Assembly: GCA_903875045.1 (NCBI GenBank)
Contig: CAIQUS010000060.1
Location: 5,690 to 69,689, forward strand
Reading direction: 5' to 3'
DNA: 64,000 bases
Source: an uncultured Bacteroidales bacterium
Lineage (GTDB): Bacteria > Bacteroidota > Bacteroidia > Bacteroidales > FEN-979
The position numbers and the translations under genes were made by a program. Shown piece after piece: positions 50,096 through 57,959 of the stretch. Every line of letters begins with the position of its first letter. Positions within the stretch are counted from its first letter, which is position 1. The notes beneath the pieces are model-generated. The model did no database searches, was not told the origin of the DNA, and saw only the letters and a list, made by a program, of their open reading frames with translations.

Positions 50096-50141
50096 TCTTC
50101 CCGTCCCCCTCTCCCCGGGAAGAGGGGGACGGGGGGAGAGG
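50096..50141 (+). other. GC-rich stem-loop with two mutually exclusive pairings in the sufC-sufD spacer
   Basis: Pairing A is cccgtccccctct (50100-50112) with agagggggacggg (50121-50133). Pairing B is cctctcccc (50108-50116) with ggggagagg (50133-50141). The sufD ATG is at 50156. Confidence 0.6.
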
Positions 50142-50155
50142 TAAAAAAACATTCA

Positions 50156-51565
50156 ATGCAAACCAACATAAAAGAACCCATCACACTGGAGCGGTTTACC
50201 GGTCTTTATCAAAAGAACCGGGCCTTCCTGATGGTAAACGATACGCCGATGCTGGCCGGAAAAAGGGACCGTGCCTTTGAAGCTTTCTCCACGCTGGGCT
50301 TTCCTGATACAAGCATGGAAACCTGGCGTTTGACCAACCTGGATGAGAGTTTCAGCCGTGGCTACGATTATCACCTCCGTCCCATGGAGGAGGTAGATAT
50401 TCAGAAAGTTTTCCGCTGCAACATCCCACATCTGGATACAGCAGTCATCGGACAGCTCAACGGGTGGTATGTCTCGAAAGATGTTCCGCTGATGGAGCTT
50501 GGCAACGGGATCATCATGGGCAGCCTGGCTGAGGCCCGCAAGAAATATCCTCAGCTGGTTGAAAAATATTTTGGCACCATGGCCGATGATACAAGCGATG
50601 GGTTTACTGCGCTGAATACAGCTTTTGTTCAGGACGGGGTGTTTATTTATGTGCCCGACAATGTGAAAAGCCCAAAACCCGTTCAGCTGATCAATGTCAT
50701 CCATCATGAGGAGAACCTTTTCCTGCAATCCCGGAACCTGATCCTGGTGGGTGCAAATGCCAAACTTTCACTGGTTCATTGCGATGATTCGTATAACCAC
50801 CAGGCCAGTTTTTCAAATATCGTCACCGAAATCCATGTCGGCGAACATGGGGTCATGGACCATTATAAATTACAAAACCTCAACAACAACAGTACGCTTA
50901 TCAGTTCGGTCTTTTTCCGTCTGGAAGCATCCGCCAGCCTTGATTCACATTACATCTCACTCAACGGTGGTTTGTTAAGGAACAATATCTGGGTACTTTT
51001 CAATGGCCCGCACGGAAATGCAAACATTTATGGCATTTACCTGATGGACCGCAAGCAGCATGTTGACAACCAGGTTTTTGTTGACCACGCCTGGCCAGAT
51101 TGTTCGAGTAATGAAACATTCAAAGGAATTCTTGATGAACATGCACGTGCCATCTTCAACGGGCATGTGCTCGTTCGCCGTGATGCCACCAAAACCGATG
51201 CACGCCAGAGTAATAAGAACATATTATTGACAGATACGGCAAGGGTAAATTCCAAACCTTTCCTGGAGATTTACAATGATGATGTTAAGTGTTCGCATGG
51301 CTCGACAACAGGTCAGCTCGATCAGGAGTCGATGTTTTATCTGAGGCAGCGCGGTATTGGTGAGGAAACTGCACGAATGTTGCTGATGTTTGCATTTGCT
51401 GATGAAATAGTTGCGAAAATATCCATCCCGCAATTGCGTCAGCGCATCGAAGACATGGTGAAGAAACGGTTGCAGGGCGAACTCCAGATTTGCGAACAGT
51501 GTGTGCTTCACTGCAGTACCCCAGAGCACCCTGTGGAGTTTTTTATTGACATGAGCAAAGTTTAG
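50156..51565 (+). CDS. sufD: Fe-S cluster assembly protein SufD
   Basis: 469 aa. Beta-helix repeats and a C-terminal 'KCSHGSTTGQLDQESMFYLRQRGI' motif shared with SufB/SufD. Confidence 0.9.
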   Translation: MQTNIKEPITLERFTGLYQKNRAFLMVNDTPMLAGKRDRAFEAFSTLGFPDTSMETWRLTNLDESFSRGYDYHLRPMEEVDIQKVFRCNIPHLDTAVIGQLNGWYVSKDVPLMELGNGIIMGSLAEARKKYPQLVEKYFGTMADDTSDGFTALNTAFVQDGVFIYVPDNVKSPKPVQLINVIHHEENLFLQSRNLILVGANAKLSLVHCDDSYNHQASFSNIVTEIHVGEHGVMDHYKLQNLNNNSTLISSVFFRLEASASLDSHYISLNGGLLRNNIWVLFNGPHGNANIYGIYLMDRKQHVDNQVFVDHAWPDCSSNETFKGILDEHARAIFNGHVLVRRDATKTDARQSNKNILLTDTARVNSKPFLEIYNDDVKCSHGSTTGQLDQESMFYLRQRGIGEETARMLLMFAFADEIVAKISIPQLRQRIEDMVKKRLQGELQICEQCVLHCSTPEHPVEFFIDMSKV

Positions 51566-51600
51566 CGAATATAGAATAACCCATTACGAAATGTTTTTTA

Positions 51601-51679
51601 CCACTTAGGCACTAAGAACACGCAGAGACACTGAGAATAAGAAACTTAGTGATTCTTAGTGTTCTTAGTGTCTTAGTGG
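51601..51679 (+). terminator. Long imperfect hairpin built from inverted short-period repeats, followed by TTTTATT; candidate terminator after sufD
   Basis: ccacttaggcactaagaacac (51601-51621) pairs with gtgttcttagtgtcttagtgg (51659-51679) at 19 of 21 positions. Both arms are arrays of cacNNaga / tcttagtg units. Confidence 0.55.
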
Positions 51680-51696
51680 TTTTATTGTATGAATTA

Positions 51697-53541
51697 ATGA
51701 AGGCCCGCATGAACTCCCCTGTATCTGTATATACGAAACGAATTGAGGATTTCACCTCCGGAATCGACCAGTTGAGGAAGCCGCTTCTGTGGATTCCATG
51801 GCTGAGGCTTTTGTTATTCGTGGGTACAGGTGTTTCAATTTATTATTCTTTCCGGTTCCCGGGACCGCTGTTTGTGGTTGTTTCTGTTTTATCATTCATT
51901 GGCTTTCTAATAGCGGGATTTGTTGACGGTGACTTTAAAAAACGGATCAAACGGTTTGAAAATCTCATCCGGATCAATGAGCTGGAAATTCTGGCGATTG
52001 GCGGAAACTATGCAGGATTTGACCCCGGAAACAGGTTTGTCGACCAGGACCATCCTTATACCCACGATCTTGATATTTTTGGCGAGGGATCTTTATTTCA
52101 ATATGTCAACCGTACGTCAACCATTTTTGGAAGTGAAAGGCTGGCAGATTATTTCAGCAATGCCTTTCATTTCAGTGATAAAATCCTGGAACGTCAGCAA
52201 GCCATCGCAGAACTCACTGACAAGATTGAATTCAGGCAGCAATTCCAACTGATTTTCCATGAACAGGATACCTCCCGCAACGATCTTGCTGCCATGAATG
52301 ATTGGCTGCAAGGACGTGAAAATACAAAGTGGCTCAACCTCATAAAAGTTGTATCCTTCGTTCTTCCGCTGATAACCCTGAGTATACTGCTACTCTCAGT
52401 TGCAGGAAAGCTTCCATATCAGATACCGGTGATCATGGTAACGATGCAAATGTTCATTGTATTCGCCTTCAGCCGCAAAACGCAGTTGGTTCATCAGGCA
52501 GTAACATCTCAGGTTAAGATATTGAAAAAGTATGCGCTGGCACTTTCGCTTATCGAAGAAATATCGTTCACTGCAGACCTCAATATCAAATTACAAAACA
52601 ACCTGAGACATGATCCTTATACCAAGCCGGGCAGAATTATTAAACGGTTTTCAAATTTGCTGAACATGATGGATTCAAACCTGAACCTTCTGGTATCGGT
52701 GATTATGAACGGTTTATTTATGTTCAATATCCATGTGATGATGGCGGTGGAAAGGTGGCGTTTGACTTACCGTGAACTGGTTCCGGTTTGGTTTGATGTA
52801 TTGGCGGAAATCGATGCCCTTTCGAGCCTTGGCACATTTGCGTTTAATAACCCTCAATATATTTATCCGGTTCCCGTATCGGAGGGTTTTCAATTCGTGG
52901 CTGAAAAGATTGGTCATCCGCTTATTCCGACCGAAACACGGGTTGTCAACGACATTGAGATTTCGGGGTGGAACCAATTCCGGATCATCACCGGCGCCAA
53001 CATGTCGGGGAAGAGTACTTTCCTGCGAACGGTCGGCATTAATTTACTGCTGGCCATGACGGGGGCACCGGTTTGCGGAAAGCGACTCATTTTTTATCCG
53101 ATCGAAATACACAGCAGCATTCGCACCAATGATTCGCTGACAAAACGTGAATCGTACTTTTATGCAGAACTCAAACGGCTGAAGGAGATCATTGCCGAAC
53201 TTGAAAGTGGTAATCAGAAGCTGATTTTACTGGATGAAATCCTGAAAGGGACCAATTCCTCCGACAAACAAACCGGATCGATCGCCTTGATCAAACAACT
53301 GATGAAATACAAACTGGCAGGATTATTTGCCACCCATGATCTTGCGTTGGGCGATCTGATCAACCATTATCCCGACAACATCCGGAATCTTTGTTTTGAA
53401 ATTCACATTTCAGGTGATAAAATGGAGATTGATTACAAACTTTCCCCTGGAGTGTGCCGCAACCTGAATGCTTCCTTCCTGATGAAAAACATGGGGATCA
53501 TTCTGGATGAAGATCCTCTGAAAATGAAAGGTGCCATTTGA
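51697..53541 (+). CDS. MutS-related ATPase (MutS domain V) with N-terminal membrane segments
   Basis: Start reset to 'MKARMNSP' (alternative Met at 51709). Hydrophobic helices near the N-terminus and mid-protein. 'ITGANMSGKSTFLRTVG' Walker A, 'LILLDEILKGTNS' Walker B and 'ATHD' motifs. Confidence 0.75.
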   Translation: MKARMNSPVSVYTKRIEDFTSGIDQLRKPLLWIPWLRLLLFVGTGVSIYYSFRFPGPLFVVVSVLSFIGFLIAGFVDGDFKKRIKRFENLIRINELEILAIGGNYAGFDPGNRFVDQDHPYTHDLDIFGEGSLFQYVNRTSTIFGSERLADYFSNAFHFSDKILERQQAIAELTDKIEFRQQFQLIFHEQDTSRNDLAAMNDWLQGRENTKWLNLIKVVSFVLPLITLSILLLSVAGKLPYQIPVIMVTMQMFIVFAFSRKTQLVHQAVTSQVKILKKYALALSLIEEISFTADLNIKLQNNLRHDPYTKPGRIIKRFSNLLNMMDSNLNLLVSVIMNGLFMFNIHVMMAVERWRLTYRELVPVWFDVLAEIDALSSLGTFAFNNPQYIYPVPVSEGFQFVAEKIGHPLIPTETRVVNDIEISGWNQFRIITGANMSGKSTFLRTVGINLLLAMTGAPVCGKRLIFYPIEIHSSIRTNDSLTKRESYFYAELKRLKEIIAELESGNQKLILLDEILKGTNSSDKQTGSIALIKQLMKYKLAGLFATHDLALGDLINHYPDNIRNLCFEIHISGDKMEIDYKLSPGVCRNLNASFLMKNMGIILDEDPLKMKGAI

Positions 53542-53565
53542 AAAACATTTATTTATGTGGCTAAA

Positions 53566-53708
53566 GCCACAGATGTAATTTGCAATCCAAAACAGTTGGC
53601 TAAAGCCAACTGCAATAGATGAAGTGCTCAGAATGATGAATATCTATTGCAGCCAACTTCAGCTGACTGTTTGCAATGACAGCTTATGAGAATAGGGGCT
53701 TTAGCCCC
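53566..53708. repeat. Cluster of nested palindromes sharing a GGCTAAAGCC core in a convergent intergenic region
   Basis: tgtggc-taaa-gccaca (53566-53581), cagttggc-taaa-gccaactg (53593-53612), ctgcaatagat...atctattgcag (53610-53620 with 53642-53652) and ggggc-ttta-gcccc (53695-53708, the same core on the minus strand). Confidence 0.8.
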
Positions 53709-53717
53709 ATTTATATG

Positions 53718-56522
53718 TTATTTTTTATTCACCAGTTCCGGTTTCCCAAAACCAATTTTATCCAGTGGGGCCAGTTGCGTTTTGGCATCCCCGGCAATCA
53801 CATAATACATTTTTAACGGGTCGATGTATTTAGTTGCCAGTGCTTTGAGTTGGTCGATGGTCATGTTTTGCACGATGGCTTGTTCATTTTTCACATAATC
53901 CACAGGCATGTTGTACAAACTGATGTCACTCAACATCCCTATTTTCGCACCGAGCGTTTCAAATTGCCTGGCGTAACCCCTGATGAGGGAATTGCGTGTA
54001 AAATCAAGGTCATCCGCTTTGATCTCCGGTCCGTATCTTGCCATCAGGTCCTTGAAAATTGCCACAGATTCTTCTGTAGCTGATGAACGAACGTTGGCAC
54101 TGGCCATGAAAAATCCGGGAACAATGCCACCGGCAAAACCGGTACGTGCACCATAAGTGTAGCCTTTTTCTTCGCGCAATACCAGGTTAACATTGCCATT
54201 GAAAGATCCGCCCAGTTTGTAATTCATCACAGTTGCAGGAAAATAGTCTTTGTCCTGACGGGCGAGACTCAGGCACCCGATGTTGATCACAGATTGCTTG
54301 GCTCCGGGAACATCGATAAAGTAAATTTTCGACTGTTGCAAAGGCGCGGGCAGGGGGTACGCGGGGAAATTTACTGTCTTTGCTTTCCATTCAGCAGCAA
54401 GTGGCTGAAGGGATGCGGTCACCTTATCTTTTGTGATACTGCCGGCAACCAGGAATGATGCAATGGATGGTGAAAAAGTTTTAGCGTAAAAGGCTTTGAG
54501 GTCGTCGATGGTAATGGCTGCAATGGATTCTTCTGTTCCAGTCCGGTCGGTGGCGAGGATATGGCCTTTACCATAGACCAATTCATTGAATTCATTTCGG
54601 GCAAGTGTTGTCGGACTGGCTTTCTGGCGTTTAATGTTGTTGAGCAAGCGGGTTTTTATCATTGTAAATTCTTCCATATCCCACCTTGGCTCCAGAAGAA
54701 TTTCCTTCGCCAGTGCCAGTACTTCAGTATAGTTTCTGGTAAGCGAATTGGCTGAAAGTGTAATAGAATTGTTCGAAGCATTCAGGTTGATGGATGCTCC
54801 CAGTTTGTCGATCGCTTCTTCAAGTTCGAGAGGTGTTTTGTTTTTGGTACCCTCCATCATCAATTCGCACACAAAATTTGCCACGCCTGGTTTTTCAATC
54901 GGGTCCAGTAAATGGCCTCCCTTCATTTCCACCGAAAACTGGACAAGAGGAAGTTCATCCTGCTCGATGCCAAATATCTGCATGCCATTTGAAAGTTTGG
55001 AATTCCATACCAAAGGAAGATTAAGGGCCGGGTCAGGTCCGTCTGCCGGCATGACGGAACGGTCGATCAGGGTAGGTGTTTTGGTGATCGTCTCATCCAT
55101 TTTGGCCTTAATGTCAACCTGAGCTGCATCAGCAATACTTTCTTCCTTTACAGCGGCTTTCGTTGATCCGTCAACGGCCATGTTCAGTTGTCCTTTTGGC
55201 ACAAAGCTGGTTACGAGAAAAGGCTTGTCTTTGATATATTTGCCATAAACCCTCAGAATATCAGATTTGGTGACAGATTTTAACTTCTCAATGTCTGTTT
55301 TGTAATAGGCAGGATCACCTTTGTCTTCATTATAGGATGCCAACTGAAACGATTTTCCCAGGATGCTGCTGATACCGTTGTAGAAATCGGTCTCCTGGCT
55401 TGCCTTGATGCGTTCCACATCTTCATTGGTAAAACTCTCTTTTTCAAACATGTTAAAGGCTTCAAACACGCCTTTTTCAATGTCATTCAGGTTCACTCCC
55501 TCATTGGCAGTGGCGCTGATCACGAAAGTGCCGGCTATTTCCTGCGAGCCGTTATAAGCGCGTTGGCTGGAAGAGAGTTTTTTCTCTTTTTCAAGAATTT
55601 TATACAGGGGGGCTTTCTTTCCACGGGATAAGATCTGGGCAAGGTATTCCAGTGCATAAGAATCATCCTGGTATGCTTCAACCGTTGGCCAGATCATCCT
55701 GATCTGGGAGGCTTTTGCAAAATTATCTTCATGGTAAATCTTTTTTGTCTTGTCAAGGGTAACCGGGACCGGTTTGGGATCGGCGACAGTTTTGCCGGGT
55801 TTGATCTCGCCAAAATATTTTTCAATGAGCTTTTTTGCCGTTTTTATGTCAAAATCACCTGCCAAAACCAGTGTGGAATTATTTGGAACATAATAGGTGT
55901 CGTGAAACGCTTTTACGTCGGCAACTGTGGCATTTTTGAGATCATCCATCTCGCCGATAACCGTCCAGCTGTATGGATGTCCTTTTGGGTAGAGGTTCGT
56001 GGCCACCACCCAGCTGGTAAATCCATAAGGCTGGTTGTCGTACGATTGCCGTTTCTCGTTCTGAACCACATTCTGCTGGATGTTGAAAGCATTGTCGGTC
56101 ACGGTGTTGATCATATAACCCATACGGTCCGATTCCATCCACAGGATCTTCTCCAGGGCGTTTTTGGGAACTATTTCATAATAGGTTGTCGCATCATTGC
56201 TGGTGCCGCCATTCAGTGTTCCGCCTGCATTCTGGATAATCTTGAAAAACTGGTCTTCCGGAACATTCTCCGACCGCTGGAACATCATGTGCTCAAAAAG
56301 ATGGGCAAAGCCGGTGCGGCCTTCAACTTCGCGGTTTGATCCCACATGGAAGCGGATGGCAAGCGCCACAATGGGGTCGGAACGATCGACATGGAGAATG
56401 ACATCAAGTCCGTTGGACAAGGTGTATTTTTCGAATTCAATTTTCAGTTCAGTCTTTGGCTGGCCAATAGCCAGCTGCATCAGACCTGCAATCGCAAATA
56501 ACAGAAGGAACATTTTTTTCAT
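53718..56522 (-). CDS. Tandem M16-family (pitrilysin/insulinase-like) zinc peptidase, secreted
   Basis: Start reset to the signal peptide 'MKKMFLLLFAIAGLMQLAIGQ'. 'HLFEHMMFQ' is the inverted HxxEH zinc motif. The ~930-aa length is consistent with two fused M16 halves. Confidence 0.85.
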   Translation of the reverse strand: MKKMFLLLFAIAGLMQLAIGQPKTELKIEFEKYTLSNGLDVILHVDRSDPIVALAIRFHVGSNREVEGRTGFAHLFEHMMFQRSENVPEDQFFKIIQNAGGTLNGGTSNDATTYYEIVPKNALEKILWMESDRMGYMINTVTDNAFNIQQNVVQNEKRQSYDNQPYGFTSWVVATNLYPKGHPYSWTVIGEMDDLKNATVADVKAFHDTYYVPNNSTLVLAGDFDIKTAKKLIEKYFGEIKPGKTVADPKPVPVTLDKTKKIYHEDNFAKASQIRMIWPTVEAYQDDSYALEYLAQILSRGKKAPLYKILEKEKKLSSSQRAYNGSQEIAGTFVISATANEGVNLNDIEKGVFEAFNMFEKESFTNEDVERIKASQETDFYNGISSILGKSFQLASYNEDKGDPAYYKTDIEKLKSVTKSDILRVYGKYIKDKPFLVTSFVPKGQLNMAVDGSTKAAVKEESIADAAQVDIKAKMDETITKTPTLIDRSVMPADGPDPALNLPLVWNSKLSNGMQIFGIEQDELPLVQFSVEMKGGHLLDPIEKPGVANFVCELMMEGTKNKTPLELEEAIDKLGASINLNASNNSITLSANSLTRNYTEVLALAKEILLEPRWDMEEFTMIKTRLLNNIKRQKASPTTLARNEFNELVYGKGHILATDRTGTEESIAAITIDDLKAFYAKTFSPSIASFLVAGSITKDKVTASLQPLAAEWKAKTVNFPAYPLPAPLQQSKIYFIDVPGAKQSVINIGCLSLARQDKDYFPATVMNYKLGGSFNGNVNLVLREEKGYTYGARTGFAGGIVPGFFMASANVRSSATEESVAIFKDLMARYGPEIKADDLDFTRNSLIRGYARQFETLGAKIGMLSDISLYNMPVDYVKNEQAIVQNMTIDQLKALATKYIDPLKMYYVIAGDAKTQLAPLDKIGFGKPELVNKK

Positions 56523-56575
56523 GACAGGGGCAGTTTTTGTGAGTGTTAAATCGGCCATAAAGCTACGACTTTTTT

Positions 56576-56651
56576 CTGATCCTGCGCACCTGATCCCACG
56601 CACCTGGCATCGCGCACCCCATGGGCCTGGCATCGCGCACCTAACCCCACG
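56576..56651. repeat. 14-nt (2x7) tandem repeat array in the divergent M16 / sufS promoter region
   Basis: ctgatcctgcgcac ctgatcccacgcac ctggcatcgcgcac [cccatgggc] ctggcatcgcgcac ctaaccccacg. Confidence 0.85.
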
Positions 56652-56668
56652 ATTAAGCGTGGGGTTAG
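56641..56668. other. 11-bp stem hairpin at the end of the 14-nt array
   Basis: ctaaccccacg-attaag-cgtggggttag checked base by base. Confidence 0.7.
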
Positions 56669-56694
56669 ACACAGTCCGCTATCTCTAACTTTCG

Positions 56695-56702
56695 TACTTT
56701 TG
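56695..56702 (+). promoter_or_regulatory. Candidate -7 box (TActTTTG) for sufS
   Basis: tacttttg lies 18 nt upstream of the ATG at 56720. Confidence 0.45.
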
Positions 56703-56719
56703 CAATCTAATCCCAAAGC

Positions 56720-57940
56720 ATGAGTTTAAACATCGAGCAAATAAGAGCTGACTTCCCGATTCTCCACCAGCAGATATACCGGCGCCCGCTGATCTATTTC
56801 GACAACGCGGCATCGACACAGAAACCTAGACTGGTCATTGACGCCATCCGGCACTATTACGAACACGATAACTGCAACATCCACCGCGGGGTGCATTACC
56901 TGAGCGTGAAAGCAACCGAGGCCTATGAGGAAGCACGAAAGGAGATCCAAAGATTTATCAACGCGAAAAGCACACATGAGATCATATTCACCAAGGGCGC
57001 CACGGAATCATTGAACCTCGTGGCTTCCTCTTTTGGGAAACGGTACATCCAAAGGGGTGATGAGGTGATTACCAGCATCATGGAACACCACTCAAACTTT
57101 GTTCCATGGCAGCAGATGTGCCTTGAACGCGGGGCTACTTTGCGTGTATTGGGTATCAATGAACATGGTGAGCTTGATCTGGATGAGCTGAAAGACCTGT
57201 TGAATGAAAAAACCCGGCTGATCGCGGTAACCCATGTGTCAAATGTGCTCGGAACCATCAATCCTGTAAAGGAAATCGTTGGTTTGGCGCATCAGCATGG
57301 CATCCCGGTACTGCTCGACGGTGCGCAGGGTGTTTCACATCTGCCGGTGGATGTGCAGGATCTTGATTGCGACTTCTATTGTTTCTCCGGGCATAAGATG
57401 TATGCCCCTATGGGAACAGGCGTGATGTATGGCAAGGAAAAATATCTTGAGGAATTGCCACCATACCAGCTTGGAGGCGAAATGATTAAAGATGTTTATC
57501 TCGATCATACCACCTTTAATGAATTGCCCTTCAAATTTGAAGCTGGTACACCCAACGTGGAAGGGGTGATGGGGATGAAGGCCGCCATTGCTTACCTGCA
57601 GCAACTCGGAATGGATAATATTGCGGCTTATGAGGAGCGGTTACTGAAATATGCAACCGAGCAATTGTCGGCAATCGAAGGAATTAAATTTTACGGTACT
57701 GCTCCGCACAAGGCCAGCCTGGTTTCATTTATCATCGGGGATATTCATCCTTATGATGCAGGTATGATCATCGATAAAATGGGAATAGCGGTCCGTACAG
57801 GTCATCATTGCGCCATGCCACTGATGGATTTCCTTAAAATTCCCGGAACGGTGAGAGCTTCTTTCGCATTTTACAATACCATGGAAGAGGTTGACCAATT
57901 GATCGCAGCCATTCATAAAGCGAAGGCGATGCTCACTTAA
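56720..57940 (+). CDS. sufS: Cysteine desulfurase, SufS subfamily (class V aminotransferase)
   Basis: 406 aa. 'FPIL......IYFDNAASTQKP', 'HHSN', 'SGHKMYAPMGTGV' (PLP lysine) and 'RTGHHCA' (catalytic Cys). Confidence 0.9.
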   Translation: MSLNIEQIRADFPILHQQIYRRPLIYFDNAASTQKPRLVIDAIRHYYEHDNCNIHRGVHYLSVKATEAYEEARKEIQRFINAKSTHEIIFTKGATESLNLVASSFGKRYIQRGDEVITSIMEHHSNFVPWQQMCLERGATLRVLGINEHGELDLDELKDLLNEKTRLIAVTHVSNVLGTINPVKEIVGLAHQHGIPVLLDGAQGVSHLPVDVQDLDCDFYCFSGHKMYAPMGTGVMYGKEKYLEELPPYQLGGEMIKDVYLDHTTFNELPFKFEAGTPNVEGVMGMKAAIAYLQQLGMDNIAAYEERLLKYATEQLSAIEGIKFYGTAPHKASLVSFIIGDIHPYDAGMIIDKMGIAVRTGHHCAMPLMDFLKIPGTVRASFAFYNTMEEVDQLIAAIHKAKAMLT

Positions 57941-57959
57941 AGGGGTTCCCCTGTGATCT

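Noticed and set aside
50135-50141. GGAGAGG upstream of sufD (and aaaggaggag at ~63575) as Shine-Dalgarno sites.
   Set aside because: Bacteroidota generally do not rely on SD pairing, and other genes in the window lack such motifs. The purine tract is better explained as part of the GC-rich palindrome.
50153-50728. 191-aa minus-strand ORF antisense to sufD. Similar long antisense ORFs occur at 55731-56339, 56197-56688, 36977-37453, 41971-42474, 62751-63380, 63133-63636, 17617-18042 and 31351-31743.
   Set aside because: Each lies entirely within, or mostly overlaps, a gene with strong family motifs on the opposite strand. None has recognisable motifs of its own. They are typical shadow ORFs.
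57941-57959. aggggttcccct palindrome between sufS and pspC as a terminator.
   Set aside because: A 5-bp stem with a 2-nt loop is sterically implausible as an RNA hairpin and no U-tract follows. It is probably coincidental.
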